Shown: positions 8,912 through 19,612 of the stretch, piece by piece
Layout of the letters: each line of letters starts with the position of its first letter
How positions within the stretch are numbered: the first letter of the stretch is position 1
DNA from: Candidatus Magasanikiibacteriota bacterium
GTDB lineage: Bacteria > Patescibacteriota > Patescibacteriia > Magasanikbacterales > UBA922
NCBI GenBank assembly: GCA_003518365.1
Contig: DOYU01000019.1
Span: 40,224-104,223, forward strand
Direction of reading: 5' to 3'
Length of the DNA stretch: 64,000 bases
Program-made: the position numbers and the translations under genes
The notes under the pieces: model-generated
Told to the model about the DNA's origin: nothing
The model's input: the letters and a program-made list of their open reading frames with translations, nothing else
The model's database searches: none

Positions 8912-9772
8912 TTATATAGTATCGAGATATGCAAGCAATGCATCTTGCCAACGTCGCTGCACCGGTCCTTTTGTATTCAACAACATTGAATGCATTGGCG
9001 CTTTTGCAGGACGCGGAAACTGTGATGCAGGCACAGGGCTGACATCAATATCAATATTTTTTATGTCAAAAATTTCCTTTGCCCATCCATACCAACTACA
9101 TCCTCCACTATTCGCACCGTGATAGATGCCAAATGGGTATGATTCTTCCAAGACTTTCTTTGTAAACAATGCGACGTCTGGTGCATATGACGGCGAACTT
9201 ATTTGATCAGTTACAACATCAAGATGATCTTTTTCTGCGGCAAGGTGGATCATCGTATCCACAAAACTTCGCTTTGAGCCTTCCCCTACTCCGGCTTTCC
9301 CAAACAATCGAGAAATACGAATAATATATGCGTCAGCTTCCGCCTTCATTACTTCTGTCTCACCAAGCAATTTTGTCTCTGCATATCTACTGAGAGGATG
9401 AGGCGCAGCATCTTCTGCATATCCGTCAGCTTGTACACCGTCGAATACATAATCAGTAGAATAATGGACGAAAACACTTCCATGTTCTTTTGCATACAGT
9501 GCGAGTCGCCCAGGCGCAATACCATTTACTTCTGTTGCAAGATCATACACGGCAGCGTCTGTTTCTATAGTATCGACGGCGTTCACCGCCGCTGCGTTGA
9601 TCACCATATCTGGTTGTTCTTTTTCAAACAATGCATTGACTGCATGTTCATCTGTAATATCACAGTCATCTTTATCGATCTGAATCACCGTATACGTATC
9701 ATCACGCTCAAAAAGAGCAGCAACTGCCTGCCCCAGAGTCCCTTTTGCACCAAAAAGAAGAAGTCGTTTCAT
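8912..9772 (-). CDS. rmlD: dTDP-4-dehydrorhamnose reductase
   Basis: GAKGTLG, NAAA, STDYVFDG, YAETKLLGE, DQISSP, PAKAP. Confidence 0.92.
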   Translation of the reverse strand: MKRLLLFGAKGTLGQAVAALFERDDTYTVIQIDKDDCDITDEHAVNALFEKEQPDMVINAAAVNAVDTIETDAAVYDLATEVNGIAPGRLALYAKEHGSVFVHYSTDYVFDGVQADGYAEDAAPHPLSRYAETKLLGETEVMKAEADAYIIRISRLFGKAGVGEGSKRSFVDTMIHLAAEKDHLDVVTDQISSPSYAPDVALFTKKVLEESYPFGIYHGANSGGCSWYGWAKEIFDIKNIDIDVSPVPASQFPRPAKAPMHSMLLNTKGPVQRRWQDALLAYLDTI

Positions 9773-9881
9773 ATACCGATATCTTAGCAGAATTGAGAGA
9801 AAAATCAAGGTAAACGAAAGACGTACCACATCTTCCAATTACCTCCTCCGAACGTGACCGCGGTCACGTTCGGAGCATCTC

Positions 9882-10352
9882 CTATAGCTTCTTTGGATCC
9901 CACGGACGAATCGCGTGTCCGCTATACAGACCGTCGTTGATGTAGACATCCACATGGACAAAATACCCATGAAGCACCCATGGCAGAAAGTGCTGATCGG
10001 CGGGGAGTGTGGGAATCGCGGGGATATCGTAAATCGAGAACCACTGCAATGCACCTTCTCGCCCGTTTGATGTGGGTATGCCGCTAAACTGCGTGACTCG
10101 ATACATGCGAACACGACGAGTCAGACATCCATCCACAAACACGGTAAGCAGCCCGACATCTTCCGTTTCAAGTGCAGTGAGCCCAGTCTCTTCAAAGAGC
10201 TCAGCTAGTGCGCATTCGAGGAACGTCTGTCCGTCCTTCAACTTTCCACCAGGTCCATTCCACTTTCTATAATGGGGTGCATACGGCTGCGCCCCTTGTA
10301 TCATCAGGACTTTCCCATCCCTGATCGGATACACGAGCACTGCGTCAATCAT
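9882..10352 (-). CDS. MutT/NUDIX hydrolase (cassette K)
   Basis: WNGPGGK...ECALAELFEETGL; GGAGGT SD; 3' hairpin ctccgaacgtgac..gtcacgttcggag. Confidence 0.8.
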   Translation of the reverse strand: MIDAVLVYPIRDGKVLMIQGAQPYAPHYRKWNGPGGKLKDGQTFLECALAELFEETGLTALETEDVGLLTVFVDGCLTRRVRMYRVTQFSGIPTSNGREGALQWFSIYDIPAIPTLPADQHFLPWVLHGYFVHVDVYINDGLYSGHAIRPWDPKKL

Positions 10353-10510
10353 CGTGCACCTCCACTGTAGAAGCTATATCGTATCCTTATACAAAAACCT
10401 CCTTTTGTCAAACAAAAAAGCACCACATGTGATGCACTTTTGAAATGTGCCGGCGACTCTCTCGTGAGAAAGAGTCGCCAGCACGCACCTGAGGGTCTCC
10501 TTACCTGACC

Positions 10511-11236
10511 TCAGGCGTTGTCGATGTCCATGCCGAGTTCACCCTCCGCAAACAGGCGGAGACGCTCGATCTGGTTCGGGGCACTCCAGATGTCGAGGAG
10601 TCGCACCCAGTCTGTCAGCCGTGCCTTGGCTGCGTCGAGGTTCCCCTGGCTGACGAGCCAACGCATGTAGAACTCAACTCGGCCAGCGTGGTCCTTCGAC
10701 TGGGTCTCACGCATGAAGTCGAGGTACTGGCAGTATTCGCCCTCGTTGAAGGCGATCGCCCCCGACTCCATAAGTCCAACACCGATCTTCGTCCGCACGA
10801 CCCACCAAGCCGGCCCGCGGTAGTCCTCGAAGACGCCACTCAGAAGGTCGTACGCTTCCTCGTTCAGGGCATCTTGTCGCTCAGGATGGTTGCCATTGTG
10901 CTTCGCACACGCGGAAGCCGCATTGTGCAAAAGCAATGCTTTGACCTCGACAGGCCCAGTGAACGTTCCAGATGCATTCTCACAGCAGACACGAATAAAC
11001 AGATCGAATCGCTCAAGTGATTCCGGATTGACATTGACCCCGTTCTGAACCTGCCGCTTACTGGCGGCGATACGGTAGTAATTGACAACCAGCTGCGAGG
11101 CATTGTATACCCCTGTCACGACGGCATACGCGTACAGATTTTGGTCGAGCAGCGACCTATAGAGCGCAGCCCCGTCACCGACGGGGACCTGCCCTTCTAG
11201 CATGAGCACTCTCGCCAGTTGTGGAATCACTTTCAT
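10511..11236 (-). CDS. orphan GC-rich helical protein (cassette A)
   Basis: 241-aa ORF, GTGAGGT SD, shared 3' hairpin/terminator module at 10411-10484. Confidence 0.75.
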   Translation of the reverse strand: MKVIPQLARVLMLEGQVPVGDGAALYRSLLDQNLYAYAVVTGVYNASQLVVNYYRIAASKRQVQNGVNVNPESLERFDLFIRVCCENASGTFTGPVEVKALLLHNAASACAKHNGNHPERQDALNEEAYDLLSGVFEDYRGPAWWVVRTKIGVGLMESGAIAFNEGEYCQYLDFMRETQSKDHAGRVEFYMRWLVSQGNLDAAKARLTDWVRLLDIWSAPNQIERLRLFAEGELGMDIDNA

Positions 11237-11371
11237 CTTGGAACCTCACGGATCTTCTGCAACCACGACTTGCGGTGCATGAGAATAGAAGTAAGCATTG
11301 CTTCCACTCCCCTACACAACAAAAAACGCAGGATATCTGATCCTACGTTATTTTTTCTTTTTTGTCAATCT

Positions 11372-11794
11372 CTATGCTGCCAATCCATTTTCTCCCAAAA
11401 TCTTCCGATACGCCTCATAATCCTCCAGATAATCACTTCGGTCAGGATTATAATTTGTTGAAGACAGTGCAATAAGGAGCGCATCATCAGAAAAATCCTT
11501 AAATCCATGCCAGACGAGTGCTCCTGTGACAATCGCATCACCAGGACCGTTCAATATAACATCTTCTTTCCCATTTCCCTGGTCAATAATCGCAGTACAA
11601 CTCCCCTTTGCCATGATAAACATTTCATTCTCTTTATAATGACAATGCTGACCAGTTGCTTCTTTGCAATTCTGGATAAAATACACGCGCTTCACTTCCC
11701 AATCGATGTACTCTTTCAGTTCATTAAACGTATACGTCGCTTTTTCATTGACGAGTGTGTTGAGAGAAATTTTTCTAAAATCAAGTGTGTCCAT
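11372..11794 (-). CDS. FdtA/QdtA family sugar 3,4-ketoisomerase (cupin)
   Basis: VKRVYFI, GQHCH, VWHGFKDFSDDALL, DYLEDY; start at MDTL. Confidence 0.85.
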   Translation of the reverse strand: MDTLDFRKISLNTLVNEKATYTFNELKEYIDWEVKRVYFIQNCKEATGQHCHYKENEMFIMAKGSCTAIIDQGNGKEDVILNGPGDAIVTGALVWHGFKDFSDDALLIALSSTNYNPDRSDYLEDYEAYRKILGENGLAA

Positions 11795-11798
11795 ATGC

Positions 11799-12929
11799 TT
11801 ACGCAACGTGAGGAAATGGTTTTGTATCACGAGCATGCGCATCCGGTGCTTCATCACCAAACACATCCTCTTCATGCTTTTCTTGTTTTTTTTGATACGT
11901 TGGCGTGTGATTAATTTTAAATGCATCTTCTTGCTTTTCCCACAAATTCTGTACCCAATCTTTATTGGTAAGATACCAATTGATCGTTTCCGAAAGTCCA
12001 ATTTCAAATTTGTCTCGGGTATAGGTTGGTTTCCACCCCAGTGCTTTGATTTTTGTTGCATCAATCGCATAACGCAGATCATTTCCCGGTCTATCTTCAA
12101 CAAAGACAAGCATATCGCTTGGTTTGTTCATGAGCTCGAGAATAAGTTTTGCAATATCAACATTATTTCGTTCATTGTCCACGCCTACATTGTAGACTTC
12201 GCCAGGTTCACCTTTATGCAGCATGAGATCCAAGGCATTACAGTGATCATTTACATGGATCCAGTCACGAACATTTTGTCCATTGCCATGAATCGTAATC
12301 GGTTTATTTTTGAGCAATCGAAATACAGAAATAGGAATAAGTTTTTCTGGATATTGGAATGGTCCATAATTATTTGAACAGTGCGTCACAACCACAGGGG
12401 TCTTATGTGTCGCATAGTATGCATGGCAGAGCATGTCTCCACCTGCCTTTGCTGCAGCATATGGCATATTCGGCTGGATCGGTGTGTCTTCTCTGAAAAG
12501 ACTATCACTATCAAGTTCAAGCGATCCATACACTTCGTCAGTAGATACGTTTACAAATTTTTCGAGGTGAAAATTTTTGACAAGGTTCAACAGCATCAAC
12601 ACACCAAACGTATTTGTCATCACAAACTCGCTACAGTCACCATGAATAGATCTATCCACGTGCGTCTCGGCTGCAAAATTGATAACGTGGGTGATGCCAT
12701 ATTGCTGCACAACATCAGTGAGCTTTACGTAGTCAGTAATATCGCCTTTGATAAAGGTGTAGCGTGAAGAATACTGAAGATTGTTTTCAATATCTCGAAG
12801 ATTATCGAGATTCCCAGCATACGTCAGCTTATCATAGTTGACCACTTCGTAATGAGGATAGGTCTCGAGGATATGGTGGATAAAATTGGATCCGATAAAC
12901 CCGGCTCCCCCACAAACAAGAATTTTCAT
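11799..12929 (-). CDS. rmlB: dTDP-glucose 4,6-dehydratase
   Basis: GGAGFIGSNF, DKLTYAGN, AAETHVDRSI, STDEVYG, SNNYGPFQYPEKLIP. Confidence 0.95.
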   Translation of the reverse strand: MKILVCGGAGFIGSNFIHHILETYPHYEVVNYDKLTYAGNLDNLRDIENNLQYSSRYTFIKGDITDYVKLTDVVQQYGITHVINFAAETHVDRSIHGDCSEFVMTNTFGVLMLLNLVKNFHLEKFVNVSTDEVYGSLELDSDSLFREDTPIQPNMPYAAAKAGGDMLCHAYYATHKTPVVVTHCSNNYGPFQYPEKLIPISVFRLLKNKPITIHGNGQNVRDWIHVNDHCNALDLMLHKGEPGEVYNVGVDNERNNVDIAKLILELMNKPSDMLVFVEDRPGNDLRYAIDATKIKALGWKPTYTRDKFEIGLSETINWYLTNKDWVQNLWEKQEDAFKINHTPTYQKKQEKHEEDVFGDEAPDAHARDTKPFPHVA

Positions 12930-13005
12930 ACAAAATAATAGTCTCTAAAAGAATATAGCCATAATAGCATACGAAGGAGGCTTCATCAATACCTCGATGC
13001 AATGG

Positions 13006-13392
13006 TCATGAGAACACGTCAAAGGGTACATCATCACTCCTATCATGAAGAGGTTCATCTGAAAAAGATACCAAAACACTCTCGGTATCGAGTCTATTTT
13101 TTATAGCAAAGGCAACATAGGGCGGAACATGCACAATGCCACTGTCAGGTTCAAGATGAAACATCTTTTCTTTTCCACTACTCGGCTGGATAAATTTTGC
13201 ATCGAGTTCCCCTACTTGTGCAAAAAAGACCATATTGGTCTTTGTAAAATACAGATTTCCTATAATTGCCTTTGGGAAGATGATCATCCGTGTGATATAA
13301 ACGCCGCCAACACGAACCGATTCGAGGACACGAGTCTTCTTTGTATCATCTTTGTGAAAATGATACGTGGTGACAAATGGTTCGTCTCGCAT
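13006..13392 (-). CDS. cupin-fold (WxcM-like) hypothetical protein
   Basis: Beta-rich; IGNLYF / VHVPPYVAFAIKN resembles a degenerate cupin. Confidence 0.55.
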   Translation of the reverse strand: MRDEPFVTTYHFHKDDTKKTRVLESVRVGGVYITRMIIFPKAIIGNLYFTKTNMVFFAQVGELDAKFIQPSSGKEKMFHLEPDSGIVHVPPYVAFAIKNRLDTESVLVSFSDEPLHDRSDDVPFDVFS

Positions 13393-13401
13393 ATCAGAAA
13401 G

Positions 13402-13956
13402 TTATGAACTATTCTCGTGCGTATCGAAAAAGCGGTGTCGGACGAGTGACCATGCTGCCATGGTGTACCCATCAGAAATATCGCCACGCTTGATCATATC
13501 TTCAAATTCATCAGGGCGCCGATATAGGACATCAATCTCTTCCGTGTCATCTAATTGCTGTTCTTTCTGCTCAGTCACCTGTGCCAAAAATACATGAGCA
13601 GTCGTTTTGAGATATCCATTACTCGGATTGAATTCTCCAACCTTTACCCATTCTTCTGCTTCCCATCCTGTTTCTTCAAGCAATTCCCTTTGCGCTGATT
13701 CCAATGCAGTACTTCCTGCTTGTATCTTCCCTGATGGTAATTCAATACTTTGCTTATCTGATAAATATCGATGTTGCAATACAAGAACAATTCTTCCGTC
13801 TGGCATCACCGGTACAATACAAGACGACCCACGTGTTTCTAAATAATAATAATTTCCTTCTTCGCCATTGGGTTTTTCGTAAGTATCATGTTTGTACTGT
13901 GTCCATGGATTTTCATGAATTACTTCTTCACTTATTTTTTTAAGGTGTTTTGGCAT
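13402..13956 (-). CDS. NUDIX hydrolase (ADP-ribose pyrophosphatase-like)
   Basis: ELPSG...SAQRELLEETG, LDDTEEI. Confidence 0.88.
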   Translation of the reverse strand: MPKHLKKISEEVIHENPWTQYKHDTYEKPNGEEGNYYYLETRGSSCIVPVMPDGRIVLVLQHRYLSDKQSIELPSGKIQAGSTALESAQRELLEETGWEAEEWVKVGEFNPSNGYLKTTAHVFLAQVTEQKEQQLDDTEEIDVLYRRPDEFEDMIKRGDISDGYTMAAWSLVRHRFFDTHENSS

Positions 13957-13957
13957 A

Positions 13958-14362
13958 TTACACAAACAACTTCGCAACATCATCAACATTCATCGCACCA
14001 GGGTTGTGTATGATGCCATGCATATTTGTCCCACCATCACCTTCCCAGCGTGGCAAAATATGAATATGAAGATGGGGTACGTCTTGTCCACCAGCATCCC
14101 CATGATTCCATCCAATATTGTAGCCATCAGGCTGCAACACATGTTCTATTCGCTCTGCCGTTTTTTTTACAGAAGGAAGCAGATCCTTTGCGATTTCTTC
14201 ATTCAGATCAAAAATTGTTTCAGCATGTACTTTGGGAATCACAATGGTATGTCCTTTTGTTCGTGGATGGATATCCAAAAAAGCCAGTACATGATTGTCC
14301 TCATATACGGTATAGTTTGGAATTTCTTTGGCAACGATCTTGCAAAAAATACAATCTTTCAT
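13958..14362 (-). CDS. HIT family protein
   Basis: DCIFCKI, GHTIVIPK, AGGQDVPHLHIHILPR. Confidence 0.93.
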   Translation of the reverse strand: MKDCIFCKIVAKEIPNYTVYEDNHVLAFLDIHPRTKGHTIVIPKVHAETIFDLNEEIAKDLLPSVKKTAERIEHVLQPDGYNIGWNHGDAGGQDVPHLHIHILPRWEGDGGTNMHGIIHNPGAMNVDDVAKLFV

Positions 14363-14403
14363 AATATATACTGATATATGATGCTATACCCATGTAGCAT
14401 AAC

Positions 14404-16662
14404 CTACAATGCAGCCGAATTCAAGGGCAATACCCGTGCATGCCACACAAAAAAACCAGGAGAGACAACAGGCAATACATCAAGCAAAATGGAAATTTCT
14501 TCTTTCAAATCTTCTGAAACAATATCAGGCAATACCACAAAACACTGGCTCCTTTCGGTTAAGGTAAACATTGATGTCACCGTATCATTCGTTGCGTCAC
14601 CGTTCAAAAATGTCTCGTACAGTGCCACACGTTCATGCTGACCAAACTGCGAGTCAAGAGAGAAGTTGCCACCCACAATATCACCAGCAGTCACTGCCTC
14701 AAGCGGCAAGAGTACCCACGTGTCGGCAAGAACACACAGGTCATCTGAAAAACCACGCAATTCACTCGCAAGGAATGTTGCAACCGCATATTCATCTGTA
14801 CTCGTACTGCGCATATCTGGTCCAGAAGCATAGGTACTGGTACTCGCCCATGCGACAATGAAAATACACACCCCAGCAAGGATTCTCCTTAGTATCAATG
14901 AACGATACCGAATGAGAGAAAAAAGCAATACCATACCAAGTGCAACAAATAGCAATGTGAATGTTGCAATATATGGATCCAGACGACGAATCAATGTCCT
15001 GTCTCCTGCTAATACAAACCAACCAATCTTATATGCACCAAGAAGTGATACAAGAAGCCAAGCAGACAAAAGAGACACAAACGATTTTTTCTCACGGACA
15101 AATACCATGACTGCGTAGAGCACTATCCCCCACATGCCAATCATGAATGGCATAAGCCACCATCGCCAGAGAGTAAAAATTGATGATACAAATGCATAGA
15201 CGGGCGTATGATTAAACATGAGATTCCCGCTGAGCATATCATGTGGACGGATGCTACTGGCATAATACCAACCACTGAATTGCCCAAGTATCGTCTTCGT
15301 ACTTTCAAAAAGAGATATGCCCGATGGGAACACGCTCGTATGTGCTGCCAATTCTATGATTGGAAATGCACAGGCCCCAAGCAGAGTCACCCAGAAAACC
15401 CACACCCACTGCCATACACCTTTTTTTATATGTAATCCAATCTGCGAGAATACCCACGCACCGAGAACAACAAACAGGAATAGTAAAAATGAAAGTGCGT
15501 ATCCAAAAAGCAACAACACACTCAAAAGAATCAGCAATAATTTTTGTGACGAATGCGGACGCGCGAGATATTGCAACAAAAGCATGAACGTAAAAAGGAA
15601 CGTCAACACGCCAAAACTCACAGGAAGAGATAAGGCACCAAGTGCCTGTAGTGGAAACGCAAGAAATGAAAGCCACGCAACGCATAATCCACCTCGCCAT
15701 GAGTTCAGCACCAACCGACCTATACGAAACAATAGCAACGGAAATACGAACGACCAAATGAGTGGCAACATCCATATGTGAATAGTCTTAAACGAAATAC
15801 CAGTCAATTGATGTGTGATAATACCAAGAGACCAAAATTGACCATATGAATACTTTTGCGGGATGAGAAACGCTTCAGGGATATCAACACCAGCTACCTC
15901 TCTCCAACGAGCCTCAGTACCAAACAATACCGGTGGAACAATCTCGCCAGCAGCAAGCTGTTCTTCAACACCCATATGCCGCCACACATCACCACCCCAG
16001 GGTAACCTATGGGAAAGCGGTATGTACAGATGTAATAAAAGACTATGGAATAAGATGAGCATCAGCACGTGTTTGGTCCCCATGCGAGAAAAAATCAACA
16101 CACCGAGTATGGCAGTCAATACAAACACGAGAGGCAATATCGAGAGAGAAAGTGTTTGCCATGGTGAAAAAAAGACACCCGTACCATCTGCCTTAAAAAA
16201 AAGAACAACCGTAATACCCCATATACCCAGGTATACCCATGTGAACCAGGATATCTTTGGAAACACGGGTATTGATTCTTTTATACTTTTTCCTTGCAGA
16301 GGATGCCCGTGAGGCCGCTGCAAAAACCACATCTTCAAGAGATAACTCAACAAAAATGCTCCCAAAAGAGTACTTGCTGTCAACAGTGGTGTCGTCGTAT
16401 ACAATGCCAACACAATAGACTCCAACGCAGATACAAAAAATATCGCGGCAAATACAGATAAGAACCAAGAAACAAATCCTCGTTCAAAACGAAAGACATG
16501 ATGCAATATATGTTGCCAAAGGTACGTTAACACACCAAGATAGAGTATTCCAAGCATCGACCCCACAAATGGCATCTGCCAAAACATGAGCTGCATAAAG
16601 AGCAACCAGGAGAGAAACAATCCAAGTAGAAACGTACCTATATGTGATTTCCAATGCATCAT
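14404..16662 (-). CDS. large polytopic membrane protein, GT-C-like
   Basis: Many TM segments, WGGDVWRH loop motif, soluble C-terminal domain; paralogous motifs with 17341-19431. Confidence 0.75.
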   Translation of the reverse strand: MMHWKSHIGTFLLGLFLSWLLFMQLMFWQMPFVGSMLGILYLGVLTYLWQHILHHVFRFERGFVSWFLSVFAAIFFVSALESIVLALYTTTPLLTASTLLGAFLLSYLLKMWFLQRPHGHPLQGKSIKESIPVFPKISWFTWVYLGIWGITVVLFFKADGTGVFFSPWQTLSLSILPLVFVLTAILGVLIFSRMGTKHVLMLILFHSLLLHLYIPLSHRLPWGGDVWRHMGVEEQLAAGEIVPPVLFGTEARWREVAGVDIPEAFLIPQKYSYGQFWSLGIITHQLTGISFKTIHIWMLPLIWSFVFPLLLFRIGRLVLNSWRGGLCVAWLSFLAFPLQALGALSLPVSFGVLTFLFTFMLLLQYLARPHSSQKLLLILLSVLLLFGYALSFLLFLFVVLGAWVFSQIGLHIKKGVWQWVWVFWVTLLGACAFPIIELAAHTSVFPSGISLFESTKTILGQFSGWYYASSIRPHDMLSGNLMFNHTPVYAFVSSIFTLWRWWLMPFMIGMWGIVLYAVMVFVREKKSFVSLLSAWLLVSLLGAYKIGWFVLAGDRTLIRRLDPYIATFTLLFVALGMVLLFSLIRYRSLILRRILAGVCIFIVAWASTSTYASGPDMRSTSTDEYAVATFLASELRGFSDDLCVLADTWVLLPLEAVTAGDIVGGNFSLDSQFGQHERVALYETFLNGDATNDTVTSMFTLTERSQCFVVLPDIVSEDLKEEISILLDVLPVVSPGFFVWHARVLPLNSAAL

Positions 16663-16666
16663 ACTG

Positions 16667-17293
16667 TCAAACACCATGTGTAAACAAACTAAGGATAGCA
16701 AAACCAATAGCGAGCCCAAATATTCCAGCAGCGATTGTCATAAGAAATGGAAAATCAAGCAATAATGCGAACATGGTGAGTGATACCGCGATTACCTGAA
16801 AAATCATTTTAATTTTCCCCCACAAATTTGCCATGCGCACTGTTTTGAATTTTACTTTGAGAATCACAGCTGAAAGAATAAACAAAATTTCAAATCCTAA
16901 AATAACAATGCCCAGCCATATATTAAAATTTTGAAAGACCAACAAAATAATAGCAGAACCAACCAACAATTTATCTGCAAGAGGATCTGCAAGAATGCCA
17001 AAATTGGTAATTTTATTTTGTGTACGCGCAAGCGAGCCATCGAGTGCATCAGTAAAGGCAGCAAACAAAAAGAGAAACACCCCCCATGTATATGCATGGG
17101 TCGCAAGTAACCAAAATACAAATGGTGTGAGTACCATGCGAGTAACCGTAAGAATGTTTGGCGTAATAGATTTTGGGAGCCAACGCAAAATTGTCCATGC
17201 CAAAAAACGATCATGAGGATGAATATGGTGAGCCTCCTGATATACAAAAAGTGCAGGCTCTGTTGCTTTTGCTTTGTTGATGACTTTTCTCAT
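16667..17293 (-). CDS. pgsA: CDP-alcohol phosphatidyltransferase (PgsA-like)
   Basis: TPNILT, TDALDGSLAR...FGILADPLADK, GKIKM. Confidence 0.85.
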   Translation of the reverse strand: MRKVINKAKATEPALFVYQEAHHIHPHDRFLAWTILRWLPKSITPNILTVTRMVLTPFVFWLLATHAYTWGVFLFLFAAFTDALDGSLARTQNKITNFGILADPLADKLLVGSAIILLVFQNFNIWLGIVILGFEILFILSAVILKVKFKTVRMANLWGKIKMIFQVIAVSLTMFALLLDFPFLMTIAAGIFGLAIGFAILSLFTHGV

Positions 17294-17340
17294 ACCACGT
17301 ATACTATCAGATATCTTCAAAAAGGAAAAAATATAATTAC

Positions 17341-19431
17341 ATGCATCATCGACTCCCTCCCCTGCTTGTCCTCTCTATTGTACTCCTCCAAGGCGTGTTT
17401 CTCCACTCTCCTCTTGTTGGTGTCAGCGCTCTTTGTATCTACGTCTTCCTCTTTCTCTCTTGGTCAAAGCGTTGTCTGGGCACGCGCATCTATGGTGCGA
17501 TCGTCCTTCTGACCTATCTCATTCTCGCCAATGCACTCGTCTATTATTTCTACGGCACCACGAATATGACGAGTTTCTTGATCCTGGCAGGATCATTTGC
17601 GTTTTTCTGGATTCCCCAAAGCACACGGCTTGGAGAAACAGTCGTTGCCTTTTGGCAAAAATGGAAAACATACAAAGCAAACCTGCTCCATCCATTCCGA
17701 GATACAAAGATTGTCCTGCTTACTGTCACAGTTGCCTTTCTCGACACCACACTCCTCGGTCTTCTTTGGTCAAGGCGAACGATCGAACTCATGCCATCAC
17801 CATGGCAAGCAGTGACTGTCTGGTTTTTTATCATCTTTACTATTTCTACAATACTTCTCATCTATGCCGTAGCAAAGCATCGCTCTACAGGTATCGCACT
17901 CGCCCTGGTATCATTACATCTTTTTACCATCTATACGATTGCCCCGCTCCTCTATCCACTTGGATTTGGATTTGATGCATTTATACACAGGGCAACGGAA
18001 CAATGGATTTTTGAATATGGCTCCATTTCCCCAAAGCAACCGTACTATATCGGACAATACAGCTTTGTCGTCTTCCTTGCCAAACTCACTTATCTGCCAC
18101 TCTTTTGGATTGATGTCTTGCTCGTACCTGTTCTGGCAGCCACAGTATTGCCAACAGTTGTGACAACAAGCCTCAGACGTATCTGGCCGGCAATGCAAGC
18201 ATCATGGCATATTCTTTTGACACTTGGCATTGCCCTGATACCATTTTTGTCACTCCACCTTACCACGCCTCATAATCTGGTCGTGCTTCTTTCCCTTCTC
18301 ACAATATTCACCACACTCGCCTATCAAACAGATAAAAAACAGTGGTATATTCCACTTCTTCTGACACTGACAGCACTCATCACTCATCCACTGTTAGGAG
18401 CACCTCTGTTTGTATTTTTTACCACAGCGGTCCTTGTGAAAAAAGCAACATCATCCGTAGCAAAAATACTATGGATCTTCCTCAGTGGGATAGGACAACT
18501 GTTCTTACTGCCAATCATGTTTACACTCAATAATCTTCGTACAGGGCATGGTCTGCCGACGCTTGACAATCCATTTACCGCACTCCCCCACTTTCTTGAA
18601 TTATTTGCCAGACCGTATTGGTACTTACAACACGCGCCTTTGCCATGGGAAATAATCTATGCGTGGGAACGAATGATTATTCCACTTACGATTCTTTTTT
18701 CCATACTTGGTTTTCTCCTATACAAAAGGAAAAAACTGGATCTGTATCTCTATCCGGCAACGGCACTTGCGGTATTTTTGAGTGCATGGCTCTTGAGAAC
18801 ATGGATAACATTCCCAGATGTTGTGGTGTATGAACAAGGCGACTACCCACTGCGACTTGTGAAAGCGAGTATGCTCTTTCTTTTACCATGGCTTCTCTAC
18901 GGCATCTATCTTTTCTTTGCTAGTATAAAAAAACCAGTTTTGAAAAAACTTCTCTTCTTCGGTGTTGCGTGTGCACTGACAATCTCCTTTTACTTTTCCT
19001 ATCCACAGAGAAATATCAAAGCACGGTTTCCAGGATTCAACGTCACACAGGCAGATTTTGATGCAGTAGAATGGATTCATAACAATGAACAAAGCAATTA
19101 CATCGTCCTTGCAAATCAACTTGTTTCTGCTGCCGCACTAACGAAATATAGCTTTGCCAAAAGTTATCAGACATCGCTCGGAGAACTCTTCTACTATTCT
19201 GTCCCAACAGGCGGACCGCTCTATCAACAATACGGCAAGATGCTTTATGAAGGACAACAACGTGAATTCATGGAAGCGGCGATGGATCTAGTCAATGTAG
19301 ATACAAGTTATTTTGTGGTAAACAGCTATTGGGCGAATGCTGACGAAATCATCGACGGTGCAAAAAAAACTGCCGATAACTGGCAGAGCATTGATGATGG
19401 CGCTGTATGGATTTTTACATATCGAAAATAA
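17341..19431 (+). CDS. large polytopic membrane protein, GT-C-like
   Basis: Many TM segments, FGFDAFIH loop motif, C-terminal soluble domain. Confidence 0.75.
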   Translation: MHHRLPPLLVLSIVLLQGVFLHSPLVGVSALCIYVFLFLSWSKRCLGTRIYGAIVLLTYLILANALVYYFYGTTNMTSFLILAGSFAFFWIPQSTRLGETVVAFWQKWKTYKANLLHPFRDTKIVLLTVTVAFLDTTLLGLLWSRRTIELMPSPWQAVTVWFFIIFTISTILLIYAVAKHRSTGIALALVSLHLFTIYTIAPLLYPLGFGFDAFIHRATEQWIFEYGSISPKQPYYIGQYSFVVFLAKLTYLPLFWIDVLLVPVLAATVLPTVVTTSLRRIWPAMQASWHILLTLGIALIPFLSLHLTTPHNLVVLLSLLTIFTTLAYQTDKKQWYIPLLLTLTALITHPLLGAPLFVFFTTAVLVKKATSSVAKILWIFLSGIGQLFLLPIMFTLNNLRTGHGLPTLDNPFTALPHFLELFARPYWYLQHAPLPWEIIYAWERMIIPLTILFSILGFLLYKRKKLDLYLYPATALAVFLSAWLLRTWITFPDVVVYEQGDYPLRLVKASMLFLLPWLLYGIYLFFASIKKPVLKKLLFFGVACALTISFYFSYPQRNIKARFPGFNVTQADFDAVEWIHNNEQSNYIVLANQLVSAAALTKYSFAKSYQTSLGELFYYSVPTGGPLYQQYGKMLYEGQQREFMEAAMDLVNVDTSYFVVNSYWANADEIIDGAKKTADNWQSIDDGAVWIFTYRK

Positions 19432-19612
19432 ACAAGGCACTCATATAAAAAACATCCTATACACATATATGGATGTTTTTTATGCCTCAATTATGTGTAT
19501 ATCGCTACACAGAACAATTGGAAGGAGATACGCAGAGCGATACCTCCCCCTCCCACTCCCCACCACATCATCAGTACAGACGAAAAAGGCAAAGAGAAAA
19601 AGAACGAAATCA

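Noticed and set aside
11664-12377. 237-aa plus-strand ORF and similar antisense ORFs (e.g. 60433-61236)
   Set aside because: They lie antisense to well-supported genes (rmlB, recJ) and carry no motifs.
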